Shown here: piece after piece, positions 38,801 through 48,459 of the stretch
Numbering within the stretch: the stretch's first letter is position 1
Layout: each line of letters starts with the position of its first letter
Assembly (NCBI GenBank): GCA_023230585.1
Contig: JALNXB010000004.1
Location: 10,196 to 74,195, forward strand
DNA length: 64,000 bases
Direction: 5' to 3'
Source: a bacterium
Lineage (GTDB): Bacteria > Ratteibacteria > UBA8468 > B48-G9 > JAFGKM01
The notes under the pieces: generated by a model
What the model was told of the DNA's origin: nothing
Databases searched by the model: none
Seen by the model: only the letters and a program-made list of their open reading frames with translations
Position numbers and translations under genes: made by a program

Positions 38801-40701
38801 TATAAACTTTCTCCTTCAATAAAAACTCTATACCATAACTCAAAGACCAATAAAGACCATAAACGAGAAGTATGTAGCGCTTTACCAGAAATATGTTCTT
38901 GAACCATTTTTCTTACTTCAAGATTATTAAAAAATCCTCTCTTATCAAACTTGTCTGATAAAAGATACGAAGAAATATAATCTTTAAGTTCTCCTTTAAA
39001 CCATTTACCTAAAGGAACTCCGAACCCCATTTTTTTTCTATAAATAATCTCTTTGGGAATAAAACCACCTACCTTTTTTTTGAGTATATACTTGGTAGTG
39101 TTTTTTTTCAATTTAAGGTTAGGCGGAAAAGAGGCCATCAGTTCAATAAACTTATGGTCAAGAAAAGGGCTAACAGTTTCAAGTGTGTTTGACATTGTAG
39201 CAACATCCATCTTAACAGAGAGAACTTCTGGTAGATAAAGGTGTTGGTCGGTATAAAGGATTTTTTCAAGTAAAGAAATATTGCCTGCTTGTGTCCAGAG
39301 AGTTTTTAATAGATGAAACGGGTCAAAATCCTTTAAGGCATTCTTTATCATTGGAGAGTATAGTCGTTCTTTATATTCACTTGCAAAAGCAGTTAATGTT
39401 CTCCCGTAAGCGTGTCCATATCCGTTTTTTTCCAGTTCATATAACCATTTCCCAACCTTAAAAAAACTGCTTGATGGGTTCTTTTCACACACTTTAATAA
39501 AAGAGTTGATAAATTTCTCTTTTATTCCAGAAGGCAAAACCTTCATTAGTTTACTAATTTTTTCCAACATCAAAGTTTGCCAATAACGGGTATATCCTGC
39601 TAAAGTTTCATCTCCACCATCACCGTTAAAAATTATTTCAACAGATTTTTTTGTTTCGTAAGCAAGACAGTAAGTAGCAAGCATAGAAGAATCAGCAAAG
39701 GGTTCATTATAATGCCATAGGAGTTTAGGTAAAATCTTCATAATATCAGGTTTAACTATAAACTCATAATGTTCAGAGCCAAAAAAACTTCCTACAAGAG
39801 AAGCGTACTTCAATTCATTAAACTCTTCTTCCTCAAACCCTACAGAAAAAGTTTTAATTTTATTGGGAGATAATTGATTAACTATACCTGCTATTACAGT
39901 TGAATCTAACCCTCCAGATAGGAAAACCCCAAAAGAAGTATCGTCAGAGATGCATATTTTTGTTGAATCAACAAGGTTTGCCCATAACAGTTGAGAATAT
40001 TCGTCTTCATTTTTTAGTATAAGTTTTTTTGTGTAGTCAATATCCCAATACTTTTTTATTTTCAGATTATTATTCTTCCATAAAAGATAGTGGGCAGGCG
40101 GTAATTTCTTTATTCCTTTAAAGATTGTCTTTGGGGAAGGAACTGCTTGATATGTAATAAACAAATCGAGTGAATGAAGGTCGATTTCTTTTTTCATTTC
40201 TGGATGGAGGAGTAAAGATTTAATTTCGGATGCAAAAATAATTCCACAAGATGTATCAGAATATACCAAAGGTTTTTTACCTACCCTATCTCTGGCAAGA
40301 AAAAGTTCTTTGTTTCTGTTATCCCATAAACCAAAAGAAAAAACTCCTCTTAGGTCATTAAGAAGTTTTACACCTTTTTCTTCGTACAGATGTATAATTA
40401 CCTCTTTATCAGAACTACTCTTAAACCTATGCCCCTTTTTTTGAAGAGTAATTTTTAAATCTTTATAATTATAAATATTACCATCACATACAAGAAAAAT
40501 TGTATTATCTTCATTTGAGATACATTGGTCTGTTGAATCAGAGTTGGATAATTTAAAATCCTTATAACCTAACCCTATATTCTCTTTTACAAAAACCTTC
40601 TCTTCTCTATTGCCTCTGTGTGAAATAGTTTTTAACATTCTACTCAAAAGAAGAGTGTCTATTTTTTGGTTTTCATTTATAATTCCACATATAGCGCCCA
40701 T
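38800..40701 (-). CDS. Asparagine synthase (glutamine-hydrolysing) family amidotransferase
   Basis: N-terminal nucleophile region MGAICGI, PP-loop LSGGLDST. 633 aa. The location in a glycan cluster suggests a WbpS-like sugar/uronate amidotransferase role. Confidence 0.88.
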   Translation of the reverse strand: MGAICGIINENQKIDTLLLSRMLKTISHRGNREEKVFVKENIGLGYKDFKLSNSDSTDQCISNEDNTIFLVCDGNIYNYKDLKITLQKKGHRFKSSSDKEVIIHLYEEKGVKLLNDLRGVFSFGLWDNRNKELFLARDRVGKKPLVYSDTSCGIIFASEIKSLLLHPEMKKEIDLHSLDLFITYQAVPSPKTIFKGIKKLPPAHYLLWKNNNLKIKKYWDIDYTKKLILKNEDEYSQLLWANLVDSTKICISDDTSFGVFLSGGLDSTVIAGIVNQLSPNKIKTFSVGFEEEEFNELKYASLVGSFFGSEHYEFIVKPDIMKILPKLLWHYNEPFADSSMLATYCLAYETKKSVEIIFNGDGGDETLAGYTRYWQTLMLEKISKLMKVLPSGIKEKFINSFIKVCEKNPSSSFFKVGKWLYELEKNGYGHAYGRTLTAFASEYKERLYSPMIKNALKDFDPFHLLKTLWTQAGNISLLEKILYTDQHLYLPEVLSVKMDVATMSNTLETVSPFLDHKFIELMASFPPNLKLKKNTTKYILKKKVGGFIPKEIIYRKKMGFGVPLGKWFKGELKDYISSYLLSDKFDKRGFFNNLEVRKMVQEHISGKALHTSRLWSLLVFELWYRVFIEGESL

Positions 40702-40759
40702 ATTAATCTCTTTTATCCCTCAAGCGTTCAATTTTTTGTATATTAAATTAAATTTCAAT

Positions 40760-42238
40760 TTACTTATTAAAAAAAATACTTATATTTGCGTTAATAAATA
40801 TGCTTTCATACAAACTCTCATACGAGATTACTGGCATATACCACATAGTTAAATAACAGAAAAAAATGACACTAAAAATTGTTTTATATGATAATTTATG
40901 AACTCTGCTTGTTTGAAATAAATGGGGTGTAAATTGCTCGGTAACCTGATGTTCTGATTCAGTAATCTCGTCTTTATCTTTTAAAAAAATAGTTGTAGAA
41001 AATAACATAAGCATAAAGTGTATATTTAGCCACCTTCCCCAATCACAGGCAAGTAAAAATAAGGGAGAAGAAAATACAAATAGCAATAATAAAGTTGAAA
41101 ATATCTTCAGATTACTTATTTGATATTTTAAATACTTTACAAAAAAATAAAATGGTATCAATCCTAAAAAAGTGCAGATACTATAAGTTATATAATAATT
41201 ATTAGTTTTTAAAAAATGTAAATTCTCTTTTATCCAATAAGTATTCCAATATGGGTCAAGTATTCCGTTATGGACTTCTGAACTTAAACCTCTTCTAACT
41301 AAATCGGCTCCAATTATTGGGCCATTGATATCTCTACCAAAAAGGAATATTAAAATCATTGCAAGAAGAGGTAAAAGTATAAACAATGAGTGTTGCCAAA
41401 AACTGTAAACTTGGTTTTCAACTTTGGATTTTAAATAGGCAATTAGCATAAAGTAAGGTGTGTAGAAAAATATTAACTCGTGAAAAAAAGTTGCAAAAAC
41501 AATTAAAAGAGAGAATAACAAGTTTGAAAAAAATGAATAATTTTTTTTCTTTTCTAAAGAGAGAAGATATAAAGCAAATATAAAAAATAAAATTATCTCT
41601 TTCCTACCTGCGCCAGCACTATCTAAAATAGGAAAACGTAATGTTGCCGGAGAAAGCAGAATTATTAAAAATAAAAAATTGATTTTTTTCTTATATATTA
41701 AACAGAAAAGCAGTACCATATATCCCAGATAAAAGAACGTCTGCACAGCTAAAACAATTGTATCAGGTTTTGTTTTCAATAAGTCAGATAAAAAAAGTAT
41801 TAAATAGCCAGATAATCCCCTTCGGACAAAACCTCCCGCAAAACTGATTAACCAATCTACGAAAGAATAAATTGAACAAGAAACAGCACAAGCATATAAT
41901 GTAAATAAATATTTTATTATAAAAGATATAAAAAATAATGGAATAATCAATCTTATGAACTTATTTCTTACCTTCTTCTTTACAAAAAACCAAGCTTTAA
42001 TAGAAATTAGAACAAGTACTAAATTGAACAACTTGTAAATTCCTACCGAATATCCACCAAGAGATATTCTTTGTTTTGTATTTAATATATTTGAAATTTC
42101 ATCTATTCTTGTTTCAGATATTATATTTTGGAGCCCGTATTTAAAACCAATAAATAACAACAAAAAAAGAGACACCAAAACAATGAATAGTGATAAAACT
42201 TTGAAAATTATCTTTTTATCTTCTCTGTTTTTTTTCAT
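40760..42238 (-). CDS. Polytopic membrane protein of unknown function (candidate Wzy-like polymerase)
   Basis: 492 aa with at least 10 hydrophobic segments and no motif I recognise. It sits between the amidotransferase and GT4 genes. The function is a guess from context only. Confidence 0.45.
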   Translation of the reverse strand: MKKNREDKKIIFKVLSLFIVLVSLFLLLFIGFKYGLQNIISETRIDEISNILNTKQRISLGGYSVGIYKLFNLVLVLISIKAWFFVKKKVRNKFIRLIIPLFFISFIIKYLFTLYACAVSCSIYSFVDWLISFAGGFVRRGLSGYLILFLSDLLKTKPDTIVLAVQTFFYLGYMVLLFCLIYKKKINFLFLIILLSPATLRFPILDSAGAGRKEIILFFIFALYLLSLEKKKNYSFFSNLLFSLLIVFATFFHELIFFYTPYFMLIAYLKSKVENQVYSFWQHSLFILLPLLAMILIFLFGRDINGPIIGADLVRRGLSSEVHNGILDPYWNTYWIKENLHFLKTNNYYITYSICTFLGLIPFYFFVKYLKYQISNLKIFSTLLLLFVFSSPLFLLACDWGRWLNIHFMLMLFSTTIFLKDKDEITESEHQVTEQFTPHLFQTSRVHKLSYKTIFSVIFFCYLTMWYMPVISYESLYESIFINANISIFFNK

Positions 42239-42318
42239 TTTTTTCGACGCCTTTTGCTTGTTTTACTATCTATTTTTGCCTTCTACTTGTTCACATTATC
42301 GCCTGAACGTCAAAATTT

Positions 42319-42422
42319 GTTATCCTGAACTTGTTTCAGGATCTCTAACCTAACTCACGTTGGTAATAAGCACTACGTAAAAAACGAGATTCCGGATCAA
42401 GTCCGGAATGACATGCAAGGGG
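42319..42422 (+). repeat. Intergenic repeat (module A, linker, module B) overlapping the 3' end of a GT4 gene
   Basis: GTTATCCTGAACTTGTTTCAGGATCTCTAACCTAACTCACGTTGGTAATAAGCACTACGTAAAAAACGAGATTCCGGATCAAGTCCGGAATGACATGCAAGGGG. The GT4 stop codon (42397-42399) lies inside module B. Confidence 0.9.
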
Positions 42423-43524
42423 AATATCCGCAGTTATCCTCATACAACTTCTCATAATTTTTAACCATCTTCTCAAGGGACAGGTTCTCTTTTACAAACT
42501 TATATCCACTCTCCCCCATCATTTTTCTTTTCTTATCGTCTTTTAATAAAGATAAAATACTTTTTGCAAGTTCCTCAGGATTTTTTGCTGGTATAACAAA
42601 CCCGCTAACCTTGTTTTTTACTATCTCAACAGTCCCGCCAACACCTGTCCCTATAACAGCCTTTTTTAAAGCCATACCTTCAATAAGAAGGTTAGGTAAC
42701 CCTTCCCATAAGGAAGACAGCACTACAATATCGCTTACCTTCATAACGTCCGATAAATCATTTCTATAACCAGTAAAGATAACAAATTTGTTCAACTTTA
42801 ACTTATCAGTCAACTCTAAAAGTTCCTCACGTTTTTCGCCTTCGCCTACTATAAGAAATTTTACTTCATCAAACTCTTTAACAACCATTGAAGCCGCCTG
42901 TAAAAAATAGTCAAGCCCTTTCTCAGCACATAGACGCCCTCCCGTTAAAACAACTATTTCGTCTTTTATTCCAAACTCTTCTTTAATTTTTTCTTTATAT
43001 TCAACCCTATCAAAAAAGGGCATATCAATACCATTGTAAATTACGCTCAACTTGTCTGAATATTTACCAAGAGTTTTTTTATACCTTTCTTTAACTTCTT
43101 TTGAGTTGCAAACTATATTTTGGCTATATTTAGCAAAAAACCTATCTATAAAAAAATAAAAAGGTGTCTTCCAGAAATCCATACTCAACTCTGAACCTAT
43201 AATAACAGGAACCCGATTTATTACCCCTGCCAGGCGACCCCATAGATTAGAAGTAAACATTGAGGTGTGAACGATATCCGGCTTTTCTGATTTTATTACC
43301 TTTATAAGGCGCACCAAAAAAAGAATATCAAGCTTCCATCTCTTTCCAATAATATGCACCTTGCATATCTTTTCAAAATCTTTCTGCATCCTACCGCCTC
43401 TTAAGGCAACCATAATCGGCTCAAACCTCTTTCTATCCAGATCCCTTATTAGAAGTTGTAACTGTTTTTCAGCCCCACCAACTTCTAATGTTCCAAGCAC
43501 ATAACAGATTTTTAAAATTTTCAT
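42397..43524 (-). CDS. GT4 (GT-B) glycosyltransferase
   Basis: SLWEGLPNLLIEGMALKKAVIGT is the E(x7)E region. 375 aa. The final codons ...CMSFRT plus the stop lie inside repeat module B. Confidence 0.85.
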   Translation of the reverse strand: MKILKICYVLGTLEVGGAEKQLQLLIRDLDRKRFEPIMVALRGGRMQKDFEKICKVHIIGKRWKLDILFLVRLIKVIKSEKPDIVHTSMFTSNLWGRLAGVINRVPVIIGSELSMDFWKTPFYFFIDRFFAKYSQNIVCNSKEVKERYKKTLGKYSDKLSVIYNGIDMPFFDRVEYKEKIKEEFGIKDEIVVLTGGRLCAEKGLDYFLQAASMVVKEFDEVKFLIVGEGEKREELLELTDKLKLNKFVIFTGYRNDLSDVMKVSDIVVLSSLWEGLPNLLIEGMALKKAVIGTGVGGTVEIVKNKVSGFVIPAKNPEELAKSILSLLKDDKKRKMMGESGYKFVKENLSLEKMVKNYEKLYEDNCGYSPCMSFRT

Positions 43525-44645
43525 TAGGTAACCAATTTAGTATATAAATCAATTGTGTTTTTTATTGCTTTCTCCCAAGAGAAGAATTTTGCTCTTTCAA
43601 GCCCTTTAGTAATCAGTTCTTTACGATAGATTTCATTAGACAAAACCTTATCTATTGCATCTCTGATACTTTCTTCACTTAACGGGTCAACAAGCACCCC
43701 TGCCTCACCAGATATCTCTGGCATTGCAGTAATGTTTGATGTTATAACAGGGCATCCACAAGCCATCGCCTCTATAATAGGTAACCCCAACCCTTCATAA
43801 AGCGATGGAAAAACAAGACATTCTGCATTATTATAAACTTCTGGTAGTTTATCATCCCCAAGGTATCCAGAAAAAATAATGCGTTCACCAAGATTTAGTT
43901 CTGTTATCTGTTTTTTTAATGACCCTAAAAGCATCTCTTTATCACCAACAAGCAAAAGATTGACATCTTTATGTTTGTCTTTCAATGAATTGAAAACATT
44001 TATTATTCTTGTAATATTCTTTCTTTCAACAGAAGTAGCAACACAAACTATATACGGTTTTTCAGTTTCGTTCTTATTCTTTTTTTCTTTATCACCATAA
44101 TAATAGAAATTGTTTCTTATACCGTGGTATATAACAGATATTTTTTCTTCAGGGATATTATAAAAATCCATAAGAATATTTTTAACATAACCTGAAACAG
44201 CAATGATTTTGTCTGCCCTCTTTAAATATATTGGAAAATGTTTGTACCATTTATCTTTATACCAGGTTACCTTCAATTCTTTAAAGTCCAACCCGTGAAC
44301 AGTAATAATACCCTTTATTCCTTTCAATTTTGGTAAGAAGAAACCTATTCCGTGAAAAATATCTATATCTTTAGCCGGAAGCAATTTGCTAATTAGACCA
44401 ACATTTCTGGATTCAAAAAAATCTACTACCTGTTTAGGTATCTTACTTACATACAGAGAGAAGTTTTCTCCTTTAGGGATATAGACAAGTTCCTTCCTCT
44501 CTTGATAATTTCTCCAAAAATAACCGTAAATAATATACTCGTTAACTTTATCAAAATTTCCAAGGTACCTTAAAAATTCTTGCCCCCACAATTCCAACCC
44601 AGCAGGTTGGGTCTTACCAAAAGCTGCATCTATCAATATTTTCAT
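43524..44645 (-). CDS. GT4 (GT-B) glycosyltransferase
   Basis: PSLYEGLGLPIIEAMACGCPVITS. 373 aa. Confidence 0.85.
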   Translation of the reverse strand: MKILIDAAFGKTQPAGLELWGQEFLRYLGNFDKVNEYIIYGYFWRNYQERKELVYIPKGENFSLYVSKIPKQVVDFFESRNVGLISKLLPAKDIDIFHGIGFFLPKLKGIKGIITVHGLDFKELKVTWYKDKWYKHFPIYLKRADKIIAVSGYVKNILMDFYNIPEEKISVIYHGIRNNFYYYGDKEKKNKNETEKPYIVCVATSVERKNITRIINVFNSLKDKHKDVNLLLVGDKEMLLGSLKKQITELNLGERIIFSGYLGDDKLPEVYNNAECLVFPSLYEGLGLPIIEAMACGCPVITSNITAMPEISGEAGVLVDPLSEESIRDAIDKVLSNEIYRKELITKGLERAKFFSWEKAIKNTIDLYTKLVT

Positions 44646-44767
44646 TTTGCTCCATTATATTTTGGTTTAAACAAACTTAAAAGATTAAAAACAATCTCGC
44701 ATTTCAGTTTTTAGTTAGTAAATATTCGGTAAACCCCGTCATATTTTTGTTATAGTGACGGAGAAAA

Positions 44768-44816
44768 GCTCCCCTCACCTTTCATCCTCTCCCCCAGAGG
44801 AGAGTAGTGGGAGATT
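44768..44816 (+). repeat. Module C variant
   Basis: GCTCCCCTCACCTTTCATCCTCTCCCCCAGAGGAGAGTAGTGGGAGATT keeps the nested CCTCTCC / GGAGAGG hairpin. Confidence 0.7.
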
Positions 44817-44864
44817 ATACATTTCTCTATAAACTTCACAATGTTCACCAAGCACTACTCATTT

Positions 44865-45956
44865 TTAATAAGTATCTAATCCTCTCTTTTTTCTAAAAAA
44901 AATCAAAATCTTACGAAACATAGAACTAAACCCTAAATAATAGAAACACACATACTTAACTGCCCAGATAATTTTAACTGTATTTGCACTTGAAACTGGC
45001 AAATTAAACGACTTTAAATTTTTTAAAAAAGATAAATAATATCTCTGTGCAGTTTTATACTCACTTTTTAATAACGCTCTTTGCCCGGAAGCAAATTCTT
45101 CGGAGAGTTTCCATAGTTCATATTTTTTCCAGGAAGATTTTGAAACAAGTTTTTCTTCTTTAGCGTACCCAGAATAATAGTCCATTACAACAAAAAAGAT
45201 AGAGTTGTCTGTTCCAAAAATTTGCGAACCTTGACCTGAATGAACACGGTAATACATAAGTTTTTTATGAAGAATTCCTATATTGGTTACCTGTAAAATA
45301 CGTAGCCACATATCCAGATCGTTTGCAGTAAATATCATATCTTTTTTCAGTTTATACTTACTTAACAATTCCAACCAAACTTTGTTCTTAGTATTTAAAA
45401 AGTAGTTCTCTTCCTTAAAAGAGCCTATCTGTGAAAACATTTCCCGAACAAACATACCGCTCGGACATATCAGAAAATCCCAAAATTCAAGAAAACCATT
45501 ATACCCACTTTTAAAATTCAAACTGTTAACATCTAAAAATTTTTCAGGAAATTCCCTTGTTCCTGTTGTTTTACCTAAGGTATCAATCTCAAACGCTTCA
45601 GTAAACACTGCCCCTACACCATTATTGGAATTAAGAAATTCCACCTGCTTTTCAACAATTTGAGGTGTATATATATCATCTGAATGGTAGAAAGAAATAA
45701 AATCTCCTTTAGCATAACGTAAAATTGCATTATAGTTACCGTAACAGTATAAATTTTCTCTATTCTCTCTAAAAATTATTCTCGGGTCGTTATATGAAAG
45801 AACTATATTTTTTGTATCGTCTGTAGAACCATTGTCAGACACAATAATTTCAAGGTTTGTGTAGGACTGAGCAATGATAGAATCAAGACATTCTTTAATA
45901 TATCTACCACTATTATATGTTGGTACACCTATTGTAATAAGTCGATTTTTTTTCAT
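44865..45956 (-). CDS. GT2 glycosyltransferase
   Basis: ITIGVPTYNSGRYIKECLDSIIAQSY, SDNGSTDDT, HSDD. 363 aa. Confidence 0.8.
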   Translation of the reverse strand: MKKNRLITIGVPTYNSGRYIKECLDSIIAQSYTNLEIIVSDNGSTDDTKNIVLSYNDPRIIFRENRENLYCYGNYNAILRYAKGDFISFYHSDDIYTPQIVEKQVEFLNSNNGVGAVFTEAFEIDTLGKTTGTREFPEKFLDVNSLNFKSGYNGFLEFWDFLICPSGMFVREMFSQIGSFKEENYFLNTKNKVWLELLSKYKLKKDMIFTANDLDMWLRILQVTNIGILHKKLMYYRVHSGQGSQIFGTDNSIFFVVMDYYSGYAKEEKLVSKSSWKKYELWKLSEEFASGQRALLKSEYKTAQRYYLSFLKNLKSFNLPVSSANTVKIIWAVKYVCFYYLGFSSMFRKILIFFRKKRGLDTY

Positions 45957-47443
45957 TTTATAAAAAGAAACTTAATTTTATTTTCTAAACTATCAATAAA
46001 AGAAATCTTTAAGGAATAAAAAATCCATTTACGTGCAAGAATAAATTGAATAACAAACCAGTATATCCCTGAAATAAAAAGGATTAGCAAAGACTTTATC
46101 ATACTAAATGTATTTCCATATCTATAGAGTAAAGGTGTTAGACAAAACATTGGTAAAGATAAGATTACAGCATACCCCATTCTTAACCAAGGTATTCTAA
46201 TAGGTAACTGTCTTTTCATATTTGAATACAAATGCACAATATAGAGTAGCCAACCGAGAGATAAAGCAATCCCACCGCCTAAAAAAGGGTTTTTTGGTAC
46301 CAGTAAAAAGATAAATAGTAGCGAAGAAAAGGCAAGCGTAACTCCTGGAGTTATAAGCGGTTTAGTTTCAAACTGAGCATGAGAAACAAGTGTTATAACA
46401 GAAGATACCATCTGCATACCTCCTATTACAGCACCCCAAAGTATTATATATCCTGCCTTATGAAATTTCTCGCCTGTAAAAACTTTTGCTATAAGTGGAC
46501 CGTTCATAAATATATAGATTGCCATTATAATAACAGCAGGGAAAAAAGCATAAGCGTACCTGTTCCATGCCTCCGCTCTTTCTGTTTCGGTGCTGTTAGA
46601 TATCTCTTTATAAAATAAAGGTCTATAATACTGGTTAAAAAGGTCTTCAAAAGGTACCATCAACTTGTTGCCCATACCTATACCAACAGTAAAAATACCC
46701 ACCATCTCAAAACTGGTAATTTTTTTAAACACAAAAAGGTACCCTTGAGATTGTAGCCAGTAAAGAAAAGAACTGATAGCAAAAGGCCAAGAAAATTTGA
46801 GAACATTTTTAATAGAACCGCTTGTATATAGTTTGTCTTTTACAATATATGTTTTAGTTGAAGCTTTAAATAAGTAAAAAACTGCTGGAACAAGTATTAG
46901 CCCTTGGGCTATTAAATTTCCAAATAACCAGTATTCTGCTGATGGGTTAATCTTTAATGCAAAAAATGAACTAAACAACAACCCCAGCCAGACAGTTAGT
47001 ATAGAAAATAGAACAAATTGCAAACGTTTACCATAAATATTTATCCAACCAATAAAAGATGTGTTTCCGTTTGAGAATAGAACACTTCCTATAGTTAAAA
47101 AAATTACCCAAGAAACAGTTACTCCAACATTAAAAAAAACTCTTAAAATCATAATTAAAAATGTAGCAAATACAGAGACCAAAAAATAGTAACCTAAAAT
47201 AGAGGTCACATACTTTTTTATCATACCTTCTTTGTTCCACTCAAGAAGTTTTCTTGTAACATAATTACCAACAGGAGCAATAAAAATCAAACCAAACCAC
47301 CCATAAATAACAGATAGTATATTTAAACGTCCTACTTCGTAGGGTGATATAAGAGTGGTAAAAATTCGTATAGAAAATACTGAGGTTAAAATTAAAAGCA
47401 TTTTACCTATGGTTAAAATAACTATATCTCTTGTTTTTCTCAT
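45953..47443 (-). CDS. Wzx-like oligosaccharide flippase (MOP superfamily)
   Basis: 496 aa with ~12-14 TM helices, and size and position typical of Wzx. No sharp motif. Confidence 0.6.
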   Translation of the reverse strand: MRKTRDIVILTIGKMLLILTSVFSIRIFTTLISPYEVGRLNILSVIYGWFGLIFIAPVGNYVTRKLLEWNKEGMIKKYVTSILGYYFLVSVFATFLIMILRVFFNVGVTVSWVIFLTIGSVLFSNGNTSFIGWINIYGKRLQFVLFSILTVWLGLLFSSFFALKINPSAEYWLFGNLIAQGLILVPAVFYLFKASTKTYIVKDKLYTSGSIKNVLKFSWPFAISSFLYWLQSQGYLFVFKKITSFEMVGIFTVGIGMGNKLMVPFEDLFNQYYRPLFYKEISNSTETERAEAWNRYAYAFFPAVIIMAIYIFMNGPLIAKVFTGEKFHKAGYIILWGAVIGGMQMVSSVITLVSHAQFETKPLITPGVTLAFSSLLFIFLLVPKNPFLGGGIALSLGWLLYIVHLYSNMKRQLPIRIPWLRMGYAVILSLPMFCLTPLLYRYGNTFSMIKSLLILFISGIYWFVIQFILARKWIFYSLKISFIDSLENKIKFLFIK

Positions 47444-47457
47444 AATGTTGTGTATAT

Positions 47458-48459
47458 TTAATTTTCAGAAAATTTCTCTACTATCTCTTTAAACAACGTT
47501 TCAACAAAACACTCTGCACTAAAAGGATATATTTTATCGCTTAAAACAAAGTTTTTTATTGAGTCCAGATACCTTATATACTCGCTATCTCTCATATCCT
47601 TCAAATAACGGTAGAGTTCTTCATAATTTTTAAAGTTTCTTTTATCAATAAAAGTGTTAGCAGGTATATAGTCGGTTATATTGGGAGCACCAAAGTAAAC
47701 AGGAACACAACCAGCAAAAAAAGAATTAAAGATTTTCTCTGTAATATATCCAGGAATATCCCTGCCGTTTTCATAGCAGATTGAAAATTTGTAGTTGGAC
47801 ATAACTTCTGATGCAGGTGCGGGAAATTTAAAACTGCTTCTTCGTGGAGCAAGCACTTTTGCCAACTTATCAAACCTATTCAATCGTTTCAATACACCTT
47901 TAAAAACCGCTTTATCCCACCCAAAACCGTATAAATCAAAATCTTCAGAATGATGTTTTTCGAACCATCTTATCGCTTTTATTCTTTCGGAGTATAACTC
48001 CAAAGGATGTTTATAGTATTTATTAGAATTTACCATCACACATAATTTATTCTTCTGAGAAATATTTATATCAAATGTTTTAGGAATTTTGTGTGAGTAA
48101 TTTATTTTAAAATATTTTTTACCGTCAATCAGGGTATCGTCCCAGGTGAAAATTTTCTTAAAATATTTATGTTTTTCCAAATCCCAGTTTTCAGGATAAA
48201 CAATTCTTGACTCTATTAATAGCAAATAATTGTCCGGAACAATATATTTAGATTCTGGCATATCGTTATAAATAATAAACTCCGAATCCTTTATAGGATT
48301 AATATCTTGGGTACTTAAATCAATATCATTTTCTAAAAACTTTTCTCTTAACATATAAAAACCATACATACAGTCGTTAGTATTAAAATTTTTATCAAAA
48401 ACATCAAACTGTTTATTGTTTAAATAATAATTTCCAGTAAAAAATGTTGTTTTTTTCAT
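47458..48459 (-). CDS. GT10-family alpha-1,3/4-fucosyltransferase
   Basis: YKFSICYENGRDIPGYITEKIFNSFFAGCVPVYFGAPNI matches the FucT signature (YKF.LCFEN....GYVTEKI.DA....T.PIYWG) known from Helicobacter pylori FutA/B. Confidence 0.8.
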   Translation of the reverse strand: MKKTTFFTGNYYLNNKQFDVFDKNFNTNDCMYGFYMLREKFLENDIDLSTQDINPIKDSEFIIYNDMPESKYIVPDNYLLLIESRIVYPENWDLEKHKYFKKIFTWDDTLIDGKKYFKINYSHKIPKTFDINISQKNKLCVMVNSNKYYKHPLELYSERIKAIRWFEKHHSEDFDLYGFGWDKAVFKGVLKRLNRFDKLAKVLAPRRSSFKFPAPASEVMSNYKFSICYENGRDIPGYITEKIFNSFFAGCVPVYFGAPNITDYIPANTFIDKRNFKNYEELYRYLKDMRDSEYIRYLDSIKNFVLSDKIYPFSAECFVETLFKEIVEKFSEN

